Assembly (NCBI GenBank): GCA_020137815.1
Contig: CM035350.1
Span: forward strand, 8,060,001-8,124,000
Source: Hormiphora californensis
Taxonomy: Eukaryota > Animalia > Ctenophora
Direction of reading: 5' to 3'
Length of the DNA: 64,000 bases
A program made the position numbers and the translations under genes. Positions within the stretch are counted from its first letter, which is position 1; every line of letters begins with the position of its first letter. The notes beneath the pieces were generated by a model. That model was not told the DNA's origin, ran no database searches, and saw only the letters and a program-made list of their open reading frames with translations. Below, one piece after another: positions 42,153-63,626 of the stretch.

Positions 42153-42846
42153 GTGGTTTCCTATGAACTAGCACACACACTATGTACCCAATAATTGCTG
42201 TATGAGTTCCCACTCCCTTCCACACAGCATGCGGTTCAGGTTTTCTTTGTCCCTGTCGCCCCATTTCATCTCGCCTTCTTCTAAAGAGATAGCTATCTAC
42301 CTATCTATCTAGGTCAGAGTTGATTGCCCAGCTAGACTGTGTTCATGGGTTTGAACAAAACAAAGAGTTGATATACCGAACCCTCATAGAGTGCGACTCT
42401 TACGACAATAGCATAAAAATGTAGCCACTCGCTTCGCTCCAAGCATCGATCTCTCCTTTTCATTTCTGTACCTATCTCTCTTTCTACCTCGTACTATTTA
42501 TCCCGCCCCTCGTACTATTTATCCACAACACATAAAACACCATAAATCCCCTAAATGCTACCACATCGGATACCGAATAGCACTGTAAGACGAGGAAAAC
42601 AGAGTGTAGGTGTGAGAGAGAGACACACATAGAAAGTGGCTAGCATATTATATGGCTAGCATGAATAGATGTGCTAAACTCAATTTTCATTCCTCCTTAT
42701 GAGCTACGAGGTGTGACCTATGTCAATTTCCAAATTGTTCTTACAACACTCTTCCCCAGGACGAGCTGAAAGTGATTCACACTAAGATACAGAGGTTCCT
42801 ACAAGCCCGTGCTGATGAGGAGGCCAGAGAGGCAGCGGCTGTTTGA
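34318..42846 (+). CDS. CCND: G1/S-specific cyclin D (exons 34318-34521, 34906-34980, 35103-35243, a degraded exon near 36575-36660, 41649-41788, 42760-42846)
   Basis: Cyclin box MRKQVTEWMFE...AVNLLDRYLS...LQLIGAVCLFVASKLRENEPI. The N-terminus MFCYE...RASPD...YLETIQ is D-type. Second fold includes FLPHSSAMIATAC. The middle exon(s) lie in noisy or gapped sequence. Confidence 0.88.
38695..39000. repeat. Cluster of GAATAC motif repeats (probable transposon sub-terminal region)
   Basis: Repeated GTGAATAC / GAATACGCAG units. Confidence 0.5.
39445..39544. other. Assembly gap (100 N)
   Basis: Run of N bases. Confidence 1.
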
Positions 42847-43574
42847 TGATCACCTACCCATTGGACTCTTAAATTGAACAACAACTGTTTAGAGCCTTTG
42901 TTTTAAAAAGGATGTGTGTGTGTTTCCCATTTGTTTTTTTTGACATCCCATACGTTTTAGGAAAAAAGAACCCATCTCATACAACGTTTTGAGAAAGCTC
43001 ACTGTTTTTAACGTTCAGATAATATATAGTGCACTGCGTGGTGTGAACCACTGTTTTTTACCCCAACTAGAGACATTAAATAGAGGATGGATATAAAGGG
43101 TGAGAGAACACCCACATAGGATGTTTCACGTTCTTACTTGATCTATTTATACTACACTTTTCTATTCTGTGTGTTGTCAGTATGTTTGTGTGCAAGTCAT
43201 ATTTGTTATTTGTTATGGAGAGACTCTCTCTCGCGTTATATCTCGACCAAAAAGCGGGAATCTATCAGCTATAATATCGAAAAAGAGGGCCGAATTATAT
43301 AGCAGAGGGAGAGAGAGAATTCTATATATGTTTTACGAAAGACTCTGAAATTAACACTGTAAAGCTCAATTGTGCTTCATGTGTAGATTTGTTTAAGAAG
43401 AATATTGTTAAGAACAGTGTACATGTGTTCATTTCACGTGATCAATGTACATATACATTTTGTTTGGGTGTGGCTGTGTGCTAAGAGCACCGGTGGCCAT
43501 TGTATAATAGTCCGTCATACACATTTTTATATGGAATTTTGTGCTCGTATTTTCTGTCAGAATCTGTATAACAC

Positions 43575-43722
43575 GCACGTGAATTTGAGCCGCGGCGCGG
43601 CGCATCTGCACGTGCGGGTTTTCAAGAGAGAGTGAGAGACAAACGTACAACGTTAATGTGCGTCTCTCTCTTTAATCTCGCACGTGAATTTGAGCCGCGG
43701 CGCGGCGCATCTGCACGTGCGG
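43575..43722. repeat. Direct duplication of a ~43-bp CpG-rich motif
   Basis: GCACGTGAATTTGAGCCGCGGCGCGGCGCATCTGCACGTGCGG occurs twice. Confidence 0.85.
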
Positions 43723-44284
43723 TTCTTCCAGATAGAAATTCCGAATAGAAATCCCAGATAGAAATTCCAAATAAAAATGTGTATGACGCCGTGTAACATT
43801 CACACACAGCCCCACCCCTATAATAGGAATCTCGTGTGTTAAAATATGGATGGATTCTTCCCTGTCACAATTTACGCGTATACCCTTGAGTTCTATCTTA
43901 AAACCATCAAAAACTGTGTGCTTTTCTGTAAACTGTAACCAAACAATGCCAATGCTGAATCACTTCACGTACCACGCGCATCACTTCTTGTGGTTAAAGG
44001 ACCCTATTTCACGCGCGCTCTGTTTAGTAAAGACGCACACATGTGTGTTTTAGCGCTGACAAGGGAGTGGTCCGTTCCCGACCTTGTTTTTCCAAATCAT
44101 CAAACATTGACTTAACCAATTACCAAGCACAAATAATGATTATTTACACCATTACACAGCACCAACACAATATTGTATTTACATCTGTCCCTTAAAGTTT
44201 ACACACTAAACACGTATTGATCTTATTCCCACTTCCCAAAAACAGTGTTTTAAACACAACTACTCCGCAAATTCCCAAATTATG

Positions 44285-53004
<8,720 letters not shown>

Positions 53005-53044
53005 GCCCTAGATAAGAAAATAAAGGAGGATCATTAGTTCATCA

Positions 53045-53233
53045 TAGTGTACTACCTCGAATTTATCTTCGTGAAGCACCATGCTGTTTGCTGCAGACCA
53101 TTCTACTACCCGCTCTAGATCTGCCTATAGTTCTTCCCCACTTTCTTCAGACACAATTTTCTTCTGTAGTTTGGTGTCATCTGCAAACGTCCCAGACCCC
53201 AGTTTCACAATGCATGACTCGGCTTTGAAGGTC
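53045..53233 (-). pseudogene. Old CR1-type reverse transcriptase fragment, 3' half (split by a LINE insertion)
   Basis: DLQSRVMHCETG..FADDTKLQKKI...L*ADLERVVEWSAANSMVLHEDKFEVVH. Confidence 0.8.
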
Positions 53234-56200
53234 TCAATTCAATTCAATTCAATTGTTACATTTGATACCCCGCAAATTGACTCAATATAGCTAAGAGATA
53301 AACGCAAAAAAAACAGAGAAAAAATAACTCGTAATTAAAACGCCAGAGCTCTTAAGCCAGCCTTCTTATGCGGCAGTCCATACAGAAACAGTAGATAGAT
53401 AAAGGTGGGTACACACTGAGGGACTGTATGAATAAGTTAATTAAAATAGTTATAATTAAAAAGAAGAATTTAGAATTCCAATCATAAAAGTAGTAGATTA
53501 ATGATTAATAGTTAATTCAGTAGATAACGTTGAGATAAGCTATACGATACTTGGTTAAGAAAATATGTTAAAAAATTCACTGTGCTCAGTATAAAAAGGG
53601 GTTTTAACCCCGGAACCCCAGAACAGAACAAAAACAGGGAAAAAACAAGACAGAAAAGCGACTGGGCCAATCTCTCTTTTTTTTTTAAAAAAGGGCTAAA
53701 AAATCACCCAAAAGGGGGCCCGTTTTGGGATTTTGTCAAAGAGGTGCGTCTTAAAGTTTTCCGATTTGAAGAGTGACTATCTTTGAAAGTTCAAATTGTT
53801 TGAGGCAGGACTTTCCCAAAATTCTCGGTCCTGCTATTTGGAAAAGCACGCTGAAATTTTTATATTTAGGGGAAAAAGCCCCTTTTTGGGGGAGAAGGGT
53901 TGGATCATCATCAGTCTCAGTGTTTTGGCCCTTTGGGTTGCCCCTTTGAAATTAGACTCTGTAGGTAGGAGGTGCTAGATTGTTGATGCACTTAAACCCC
54001 CCTTAAGAAAAGATCTTGTATAAATTTCCGCTGTGCAGGAAAAAAGTGCATTTGTTTTCATTTCTGTAACTCCTCTCCTTTGGGCCCCCTTTCCAAAGAT
54101 AAACCTTGCCCGCTGCATTTGCATTTTTTGAAGGGGGGGGTGATGTCCTTTTATCACCCCAAATAAATGGGCCAGGCAGTGGGCTATGGAGAGGGGATAA
54201 GGGAGTAAAACCACCTGGCCTTTTTTTTTCTTTGACAGTTTGCCCCCCCGAGCGCCTGGGTTTTGGAAAGGGCCCTTTGCAGCCCCCCTACTACCTTGGA
54301 GTTTGGGGGTTTTAATGGGTTCCCTTTTCATAAAAATAAAACCCCAAAAATTCCTTCCCCGGGTTCCGAGGGACTGAGGGACGTTGCCGGTTGATCAGAT
54401 CTAGGGCAAGAAAAAGGGACCCCATCTTTAGCGAGGGGATTTGTAGTTTTTTCAGTCCGCGATGAAAAAACAGAAATTCTTTTTTGGGGGGGTTTGAGTT
54501 TAAAAAACTCGATCCCAAATTCCCTTGCTCGTTTTCTGGAAACATTGTCGAACCCGTCTTCTTTTGTGTCCGTTTTGTTGGTAAACTTCAAATTTTGCGG
54601 GAGAGTCGTCTGGGGAAAGGTGAACCCCTCATCCCGGTTTGGCCCGCAATTTTTTCGAGGCCCCTTTCGTGAACAAAATTTAAAAAAAGGGGGCCCCCCA
54701 AGTGGACCCCTGGGGCCCTCCAATGTTTTACACTTTTTTAAGCAAACGGGGAATCCCTTTTTTGAAAAAGGGCTTTTTTTTCCCTTCGAATAAGAAGAGA
54801 ACCATTTGAGAGCTTTTCCCAAATGACTCCAAAAACATGTGTGCAGGGCCTAGAAGGATTGTATGGGAACAGTACCCAAAGGGAAACAGAGAGATCAAGA
54901 GAAGGAGAAATTTTGCCTTACTTTTTTGTCAGTCATCACGGTAGATCATTAAAGATCTTCGGGGTGGCCTTTTTCACTTGAGTGTTTCTTTCTGTAGGCA
55001 GACTGACTGTAAAAAACAGCTCGGGGCCCTTCCAGGTTTTCCCGTAAATTTTGTAAAAAAAACGCACTTTTCGGTTTTAAAAGAAAATGAAGCTGAAGGT
55101 TTGGAATGGGGCCCGGAAAGCTTCCAAAAATCGTTGCTGTCAAACCCTTTTCCCCCCTTTGTACCAGGCCGGATAATGCTTTCTTGAGGACAAAAGGGAA
55201 AATTTCCCCGTTGCCCAGACAAACCGTTGAAAATTGCTTTAATGTTTGGGGTTTCAGCTCGTGTATACAGGTTCCAACGAGCTTAGAAGGAATGGGATCG
55301 GGGGTCACAAAATTTTTATAATTCATTGAACGAAGGGATCTTCCCCAGCTCGTCCTGGTACAGGTCTGAAAAAGTCCAAACTTGGCAGGCTATTTTTTAT
55401 TTCCTTTAAAACCAGAAGCTTCCCCGGTGGGCAGCCACGCATTGGGTTCCAAAATTTTTGTGTAGATCTTGTTGATTTTTTTTTTGGAAGGAAAATTTAA
55501 TGAATTCTGGCATGTTTGTCAAGATCCGTTTTTATTCAGGAAAATACTGATGAATTTTTTATCCTTTTCCCCGCCGACCATTAATTTTTAAGACTTCTGA
55601 TACCCCCATCGGCTTTATCAATTCTTCCCCCATAAAATCCATTCCCCAACTCCAACGATAAATTGGTTTCTGTTACCTCCCTTAAAGTTTATTCGGAGAC
55701 TTTTCCCCAATTTTTTAGGACACACCCGAAATTTTAACAAACGTGGCCAATCTGTCGTTAAACTTTTCCCCCTACGGGGTTTAGCAGTTTGACAATCGGG
55801 GTTTTAAACCCCTTGGGGCCCGGGTCTTCAGGGGGCCCCTCATCTCAGTGACCGGGGCAAATTCATGAGAAAACCCCCAACCTCTCATCAACCGTTTAAA
55901 AAGTTTTCCCCCCCTCCAGGGGAAAATTTTTTAGTCACAGAGAGGGGGCTGTGGATTGAAAAATTATTTTGCTGTTCAATATCCCGTTTTATTTCATGTC
56001 TCTTTTTTTCCCCCGAGGGGCAAACTTCTTCCGCTGGGCTGAACTCCATTTTTTTAAAGGGGGAAAGACACCAGGGCATGATCAGGTTCGCAGGAAAACC
56101 TATCCCCTTGGGATATTGGAAAATGGGGGGGGAAGTAAACCCGGTGGCTTGGGGAAAGGGCCCAAAACCCGTGTACCACCCGCTATTGATAGGTTCCAAA

Positions 56201-58059
56201 AAAAATTGAAAGAAAATGATGGTCATGAGAAGCCCGAGAAAGGTTTTTTGTTTGAGTCCGAACGGGATCTTTAAAAAATGTTGAAATCACCTGAAAAAAC
56301 CCCTTCCCGGGGCGTTCCGAAAGGTCCTGGAGCAACGACTCGAATTTTATCGAAGAAGGGAGAAATAGGGGTGGAGGGAAAGGGGGATAGATGCCAAGAA
56401 GACGGGGGGGTTGGAATTGGTTTCCCCGAGCTTAGGATTGGAACTCTTTTGAGTGAGGGGAAATTTCCCCACCTCGAATGAGAAAATGAGTCTTTTTTCC
56501 CGAAAATGGGGGGAAGGGGTTCCTCAGAGGATGGCGACAAACCCCCTTTCCCCTAAGCCCCGCGGGCCTCTAAACCAAAATTGTGCCATGCTCTCTATCC
56601 CCTCTCTCAATAGCACTCCTCATCTAAATGTAACCACGTCCGCCCTTAAAAAACACTGCATCAAAACACTGTCAGAAAACCCCTAAAAAAAAAAACAAAT
56701 TGTTTCCAAGAAAACAGTTAAAAGTTTGGCCCGTTTTAAACCCCCACTGGGGTTTTTTAACGGCTTCATTGAAATTTGGGAAAAATCCCAAAGGGGCAAT
56801 CTCGACTGTTTGGGAACATGGGAAACCCTCTGACTTTTTCGCAACAAAACATTTTTTACATTTTGGAGTGAAAATTTCTTTGATTTTTCCGTACATTTTT
56901 TAAAGAAGTTCTTGAGAAAAAGTTGGGACACACTGGAAAGTCTGTTTTCACCCTCTTGCGTGTGGGGGAAGTCCTGAAAATTAAAAAACCCTGAATAACC
57001 CCCACCAAAGATCCCCCCCCTACACGCCATATAACCAACAAAACTACTCCTGTCCCATATCGGGCCTTTGATGTAGTAGGCGGCCCTTTGTCCAATTGAC
57101 ATTTTATCGGGACACATCATTTAAACCCCCTAGTATTAAAAATCAATTTTTTTATTTTTCCATTGCTCATTTTTCTCCTTTAAGGAAAACCAATTTTTTC
57201 CTGGCACCCTCACCGAGCGAAACAGTAGTTTTTCCTCTGGGAAACATAAAAGGGAAATTGAGGACTGGTTTTCTTGCAAGGGGGTCGGGCGAACTCTGAC
57301 AGTTGGTTTTAAGAGAGGGGGCCCTTTTGAGGGCATCTGCCTTTCCTTTCAAAAATCATTCCCGGGCCCCAGTAATGATCACCCCCCCCCATTTTTGGGC
57401 TTGCCCCAAAAAAGAACTTTTGTTTTTGGGCAGGGCAGTCTCCCGAGGCCCGTGTACTTCAACCCCCCGCCTCCCTTTCAGTCAACGACATTTTTTTTCC
57501 CGTATGTGGTTTTGGTTTTGGGGGGGCAGAAAAAGGTATGGGGGGGCACTGGGAGCACTTTTAGGAATGGAGGGGGGGGGGAAGGTTTTTTCCCGACATA
57601 GCAAGTTGGGGATAAGATGGGTTTGGGGGGGCTGAAAGGTTTTTTTGAAGTCAGCTGGGTTTTTTTCCCGGGAAATTTGGGGAAACCGTTCATCTTTTTG
57701 TTTTGGGAATTTTTACAGGATATTTGCGTCATTGGTTTTTATCTTTCGAGCTGGTTTTTTGCAATTTGGGGACTTCGTTCCAAAACGCTCTTTGGCAAAC
57801 CTTTTTAAAACCCTTTCCCTAAGTCTTTTAAATTTACCCGTACGTTTTTGGTTTTTGTCCAAAACATTTTCCCTTATTTTTTTGTAGCAGGGGGAAAAAA
57901 GGTTCATTTTGGGTGAATTTTTTCAACTTTCTCCAGCTCACATTGGATATCGGGTGGATCAGCCATCTCGTCTCTTTTATCAGACATGGGACTGCCCATC
58001 GTGGGCTGTTGATACATTCGATCTCAATAAATAGTTTTACGTTGTAGTTGATGAAAGTT
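53234..58059 (-). mobile_element. Full-length ~4.8-kb CR1/L2-group LINE starting with a spliced-leader-like sequence (interior corrupted by sequence errors)
   Basis: (ATTGA)n tail at 53234-53254. ATG at 57987 (MSDKRDEMADPPDIQCELEKVEK). Degraded RT-like motifs near 54600-54720. Both boundaries are fixed by the split host RT fragment. Confidence 0.75.
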
Positions 58060-58061
58060 TG
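58023..58061 (-). other. Spliced-leader-like sequence CAAACTTTCATCAACTACAACGTAAAACTATTTATTGAG
   Basis: Its 3' 18 nt recur exactly at 52924-52941. It is AT-rich, ends in TTGAG and resembles ctenophore SL exons as I recall them (not verified by search). Confidence 0.7.
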
Positions 58062-58115
58062 CTACGTAGATAATGAAGAGAATTGGACCGGGGTCCAGAC
58101 TCCAGAGGGACAAAT
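58060..58115 (-). pseudogene. Old CR1-type RT fragment, 5' half
   Basis: VP....GPILFIIYVA, which continues as DL...FADD at 53233. Confidence 0.7.
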
Positions 58116-58568
58116 TTGTGAGTAAAGAAAGTTCGGTTTTACGCTGCAGGCTTCATTGTACGGCGATGAGAACAGAGAAGCGAGAGGCTGATCATGCAGG
58201 AGAGTAAGACGTAAGTTTTAAAGTGCTTAAACAAAAAATCGAGAAAAATTCGAACAAAAACATTTAAAAATGTAAAACTTTTGGCCGCGCGCGACGCGGA
58301 CGATCGACGCGATCGAATCCGGAATATCAAATAGTGTAACGCGCGACAATATTATGTTTATGCGATGCCGCGGCAAATAAAAATCGTAAGTTTCCACGCG
58401 GTTTTCGTTTTTGCAAAGTGAAAAGAAAATAAAATTTTTGCAAAAGTGAATTTTGGCATGCGCTGCAGACCCCTAGAACCACGATAAAGTTCAAGAGCCT
58501 CAAAGAGTGAACCACATCCAAAAGAGACCATATCCAGGGGCGAACCACACCCAGAAGAGACCACAATC

Positions 58569-58757
58569 AAGAGCGCACCAAATCCAAGAGAGCTCCCCAT
58601 CCAGAAGATACCACGCGCAGGCGATACCACGCACAGAAGATGTCTGCGGCGTTGTATTTGTGCATGCGCCCTCTTCTGTGCGTGGTATCCCTTGCGTGCA
58701 GTCTCTTTTGGTCTCTGGATGGGGTGCTCTCCTGGTCCTGCCTCCTGGTGCGCTCTT
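58569..58757. repeat. Imperfect inverted repeat abutting the 5' end of the L2 element
   Basis: AAGAGCGCACCA...CCCCATCCAGA...GATACCACGCACAGAAGA pairs with TCTTCTGTGCGTGGTATC...TCTGGATGGGG...TGGTGCGCTCTT. Confidence 0.7.
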
Positions 58758-61456
58758 TGGCCATCATTGCAAAGAACACTCTGCGAATCATTCCAGCTAA
58801 ACTAAAATCTCGGTTTACATCCTTTGAGGTAATAGAGGTTACTGTAAAAGGTTCCCACTTGCAGGACTCCATCTTCTCGGTTATATACCGCCCCCCATCC
58901 TCTTCTTCTACTATGTTTCATACCGAATTCGAGGAATATCTTGCAACAATGTCTACAAGACAAGCACACCTCCATCCCATCATAATGGGTGATTTCAACA
59001 TTCATATGGAGGATGATACAGACAACGCTGCAATCCGCCTACATGAACTTCTTCTTGACGAGTGCTGGGAACAACACATTGAGGTACCGACCCATACAGA
59101 TGGCGGCACTATAGACTTGGTGCTGACCAAAGACACTGAAGGAGCTTCATTAATATCAGAACCTCAGGTCACCCCCAGTCCTCTTTCGGACCATCATCTC
59201 ACAACTTTTAAGTTTCACATAGGAAAACCTAACCGACGTGAAACAAAGATTGTGAAATCGAGAAATATGAAGCACCTGAACATTGATGACTTCCGTAAAA
59301 TGGTGGTGGTCTCTCCCCTTTGTAAACTTCTACGCCCAAAGTCACTAGAAGACTGCATTAATCTCTATGTTGACACCCTAACTGACATTCTGAACACTCT
59401 AGCCCCGGAGGAGGAAAAAGAAGTACCCATTTTCCAAAATCCACGGTGGTATAATGAAGACTGCAAAAATGCAAAACGCAACCGCCGTAACATTGAAACA
59501 ACGTGGAGGAAGCATCTAAGTGAGTCCGTCGACATCAAAACACTAACTTCGACATGGAATTCGTACAAAGAGGCTATGAAGAACACCGCTAAAATGCTGA
59601 GAACAAGCAGAACCGGCTACTATCGAAAGAAGCTTGAAATCAGTGCTGATGATCCAGCGGCTACTAACAAAACTGTCAATCATCTGCTCGGAAAGCAGAA
59701 GATACCCACAGAACTCCCAACAATGTTCTCCGAAAACGAGCTTCCGGACAAGTTCAACAATTTCTTCAAATCAAAAGTTGACAGCATCTACGAAAAAATC
59801 CAATCAAACACCTGCTTCACAGAGGAACTACCCACCATCCCCGATACCTTCGAACCTCCCTCGAACAAACTAACAAAGTTTGCTACAGTTAGTGACCAGG
59901 AACTCCTTGGCATCATAAAGACCATGAATAAAAAACACTGTGACTCCGATCCGATACCCACAAGCATGGTTCTTGCCCTACTCCCGGAACTTCTTCCAAT
60001 CCTATCCGACATAGTAAACAAAAGTCTCCAGAGTGGAGGTTTCCCTGAGGCGTTCAAAACGGCCCTAATACGCCCTTCTTATAAAAAGAAAGGCTTAGAC
60101 CCGGATGAACTTACCAGTTACCGACCCATCTCCAACCTCTCCTTCCTCTCTAAGCTGGTGGAAAAATGCGCTGCAGTCCAATTGTCGAAACATCTTGAAG
60201 ATAACAACCTGCTGCCAGATACCCAATCGGCTTATAGGCCAAACCACAGCACCGAAACTGCACTTCTCAAGGTTGTTAACGATCTCCTTCTCATAACGGA
60301 CAAGAAATCGAAAGCGGTCTTAGTATTGCTGGACCTAAGCGCCGCTTTCGATACCATTCACCATCCCACGCTTCTAAACAAGCTTGAACACCATTATGGA
60401 GTCACTGGAATGGCACTAACTTGGTTCAAAAGCTACCTTACCGGACGGAAGACAAAAACCAAGATTGGCAACGTAACATCTGCCTCGCTGACCATCGAAA
60501 TTGGAGTCCCACAGGGCTCCATACTAGGACCGCTACTTTTCATCCTCTATACCAAGGAACTCGAAGCTATTGCAAGACATCATGGCCTCGAGATCGAATT
60601 GTATGCCGACGACACGCAGCTCTATGCGGCCTTCTCGAACGATAACCTAGCCAACCTTGAGAAAACCCTACAAGCATGTCTGTACCATATTAAAACCTGG
60701 ATGTCACAGAACTTCCTCTGTCTGAATCCCTCGAAGACAGAAGTAATGTTCCTGAGAAACAGAAATGACAAGCTGCCAAATCCAACTTCTATCCAAACCC
60801 TTGAAAACGAACAACCCACTGTACCCACAACAAGTGTAAGGAACCTCGGAGTGATGTTGGATCCCGAACTAACCTTCTCTGGTCACGTATCCAAAGTTGT
60901 CCGCTCCTGCAATGTTGCCTTGCTAAATCTTTGGAAGATAGGATCCAAACTGTCACGGAAGCTGAAGACCCAGCTAGTAAATACTCTCATCCATTCTCAT
61001 CTTGACTATTGCAACGGACTCCTAAAAGGTCTCTCTGCAAAAGACCTCAGCCGGTTACAAAAAGTCCAGAACTCTGCGGTAAGATTCGTTTTCTCCAAAC
61101 ACACATACCGAGGTACAACTGCACTTCGCCAAAGGCTCCATTTCCTACCCATTGAGCAGCGTGTCAACTTCAAACTCTGCCTGATGACACACAAGATCAT
61201 TAATGACCGTGCTCCCAAATCTACGGCTTCACTACTCCAGATAAGGCAGAAAAAGCCGAAATCACTCCGGGCAGACCATGACGCTACTATCCTCGAAAAA
61301 CGGCACACAAGGTACAAATCTTCAAGCGGAGCCTTTAGTGTCGCTGCTCCAGCCATATGGAACTCTCTCCCCCGCTCCCTCCGTGAAACAACCTCCACCT
61401 CGGCCTTCCGATCCAGCCTAAAAACTCATTTCTTCAAAGAGGCATATGACCTCTAA
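58755..61456 (+). CDS. L2-clade LINE ORF2 (C-terminal part of the AP endonuclease + reverse transcriptase), 5'-truncated but uninterrupted
   Basis: Motifs IYRPP, MGDFNIH, PTH..GGTIDLV, SDHH, YRPISNLSFLSK, QSAYR..HSTETAL, LLDLSAAFDTI, GVPQGSILGP, YADDTQLY, LDYCN, LHFLP and APAIWNSLP. Confidence 0.95.
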
Positions 61457-61982
61457 AATCGTTATCAAAATCCAAAAGAGACTCCTCAGACAATTGTGTG
61501 TTTTTCGGGTATTTCTGAGTGTGTTCCTAAGTCAAGTGTTTCCAGTGTTTTTTGAGTACTGAGGTCTCAGAGCGTTTCTCCAAGTGTTCTAGTGCTTTTT
61601 CTAGTGTGTTCTAAGCGTTTTTATATTTATTTGTTAATGCTTGCCGCCTCTTTTTTGTGATGAGTTTTTTTTTCTCATAACCCCGGGCTGTTTTTCAGAC
61701 TCATTTGTTTCCAGTATATGTGTGTGTCTTTTTTAAGTGTGATCTAAGTGGTTTTTATATATTTGTTACGGGATGGAAGTTTCTATTTTTTTATGAGTTT
61801 TAATTTTTTGGGTGTACCCAGGGCTGTTTCTTTTGTAGACGAATTGTAGAGATAATTTATTGATGACCTAATTTATTGATAAAAGAAAGAAAGAAAAAAA
61901 ACAAAAAAAAACAAAAAAACAAAAAAAAACAAAAAAAAACAAAAAAAAAAAAAACAAAAAAAAACAAAAAACAAAGAAAAAA

Positions 61983-62029
<47 letters not shown>

Positions 62030-62062
62030 AACAAAAAAAACAACATAAAAAACAAAAAAAAA
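58755..62062 (+). mobile_element. L2 LINE with 3' UTR and A-rich tail
   Basis: The ORF2 above is followed by a T-rich UTR and a long A-rich tract at 61881-62062. Confidence 0.8.
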
Positions 62063-62660
62063 TCCCCTACCTACCCCCCCCCCTCCTTGGTGGTGTCTCA
62101 ACCTATGATTCTGGGCGTCTGTTAGTTCCACTAAATGTTCTGATTCATAGTTTTGTCCTTAGTCTTGTCCTTAGTCCTGTCTGTTGGTCTGCTGTTTTAC
62201 TGTCGATCTACTACCCATCGGTTTTTCCTTTCACTGTCAGTGCTGTTGTCCTTTCCACTGTGAGTAGTACCCAATCTAGGCTTGAGACACTAGCCGTCAA
62301 CCTTGGGAGCAAATAACCCTCCCGAGGAATATACCTCCTCAGAAAACGTGTTGCCGATATTCACGTCCATGCCTGATCAATCACCCATAAGAAAATCACC
62401 TCCTAATCTCACCATACGCCGAAGATAAAGGACCGCTCTAGGAGCAGGCATCTGGTTGCAGTCACTGTTTTTCGGAAAGGCGGACCATTTGCATATTACA
62501 AACTGTGTCAGAGCGGGATATAAACTGTTACTATTATTATTATTTATTATTTATCTTGGACCGGGTTCGCTGTCGGAGGCTCTTGAAATTTATTATGGTT
62601 CACTATCACAGCTTAGATCCATACAGCAGATGATCCACACGTTCTGAGCTGTGATTGGTC

Positions 62661-62753
62661 GGCCTGACCTGAATGTGCTCGACCTGAACATTTCCGAATG
62701 TGCTCGATGAGCACACTCGGATATGTTCAGGTCGAGCACATTCAGGTCAGGCC
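62661..62753. repeat. 93-bp near-perfect palindrome
   Basis: GGCCTGACCTGAATGTGCTCGACCTGAACAT...ATGTTCAGGTCGAGCACATTCAGGTCAGGCC. Confidence 0.9.
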
Positions 62754-63626
62754 TCATATGGTATGCGTTGGAGTCCCCACTGCCGTCTGCCACACTTGTT
62801 TTTGACGGCCACTGATCATGATAAATGGGACTGCAACGTATGCCAACACCTGTCTTTTATTTGGCCATATCCAGTACGCAACAACATGGCCAATTTTAGT
62901 AAACTTGTGGTACTGGCTCAGCATTTAAACTTAAAAGCGGTCATGATGAAGGGTGTCTGATAGATAATCGATAGCATTACTCTATAACCCCAAACATAGC
63001 CTAGTCAGTCCCTATCCCGACAGTCGACCGCCAAAAATCAATATCAATAAACTGTGAACAGCTCGTGAGACACCAAGATTTAAACTTTTTCCTTATGAAC
63101 CACTTGTCGCTGATAAAGCTTATGCTATGGAGTAGCTGAATAACAGCGATAACACAAATTTAAAGATTTAGCTATAATATTTTCCTCTACTTAGCAAATC
63201 GCCATCCGACGAACGCTGTGTATTTTATATTAGCAGTCAAATTGTTCTTGTTATTTCCCATTATGTGTACCTTTTTCTTCTTGGAGGCCGTCTCCATTGG
63301 TTGAGATTAAGGGTTGGAACTATAGAGTTTCCTTTCCCCAGCCTGGTATCATTATGTGTACCTTTGCGGTGCTATTTAATTCTTCTCCTCTGCCCGATTC
63401 TTGAGACATGTTTTCAGATGCTTTGCAGTTTGTACCAAATTAACGTTTAAACACGGTAATATCATAGTTTATACACATCTATAATTGAACGATATTATAG
63501 GATGGGAGAGTAGAAGTTGTTATGTTCCCACAATCCAATACACCAGAACACTGTGCCAACCAGCTCCGTCTTATACAGGTCAGTTAAAACACACACAAAC
63601 TTGATACATATAATTCCCTTCATTAA

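Noticed and set aside
53580-57920. Many short K/G/P/F-rich ORFs suggesting recoding or hypermutation
   Set aside because: Homopolymer-inflated text typical of low-quality consensus. The same signature occurs at 26.3-30.5 and 35.5-40.9 kb. Best read as one corrupted LINE.
58023-58061. SL RNA gene
   Set aside because: The leader is followed by AT rather than a GT donor and an Sm-site intron, so it is an integrated leader copy and not the donor gene.
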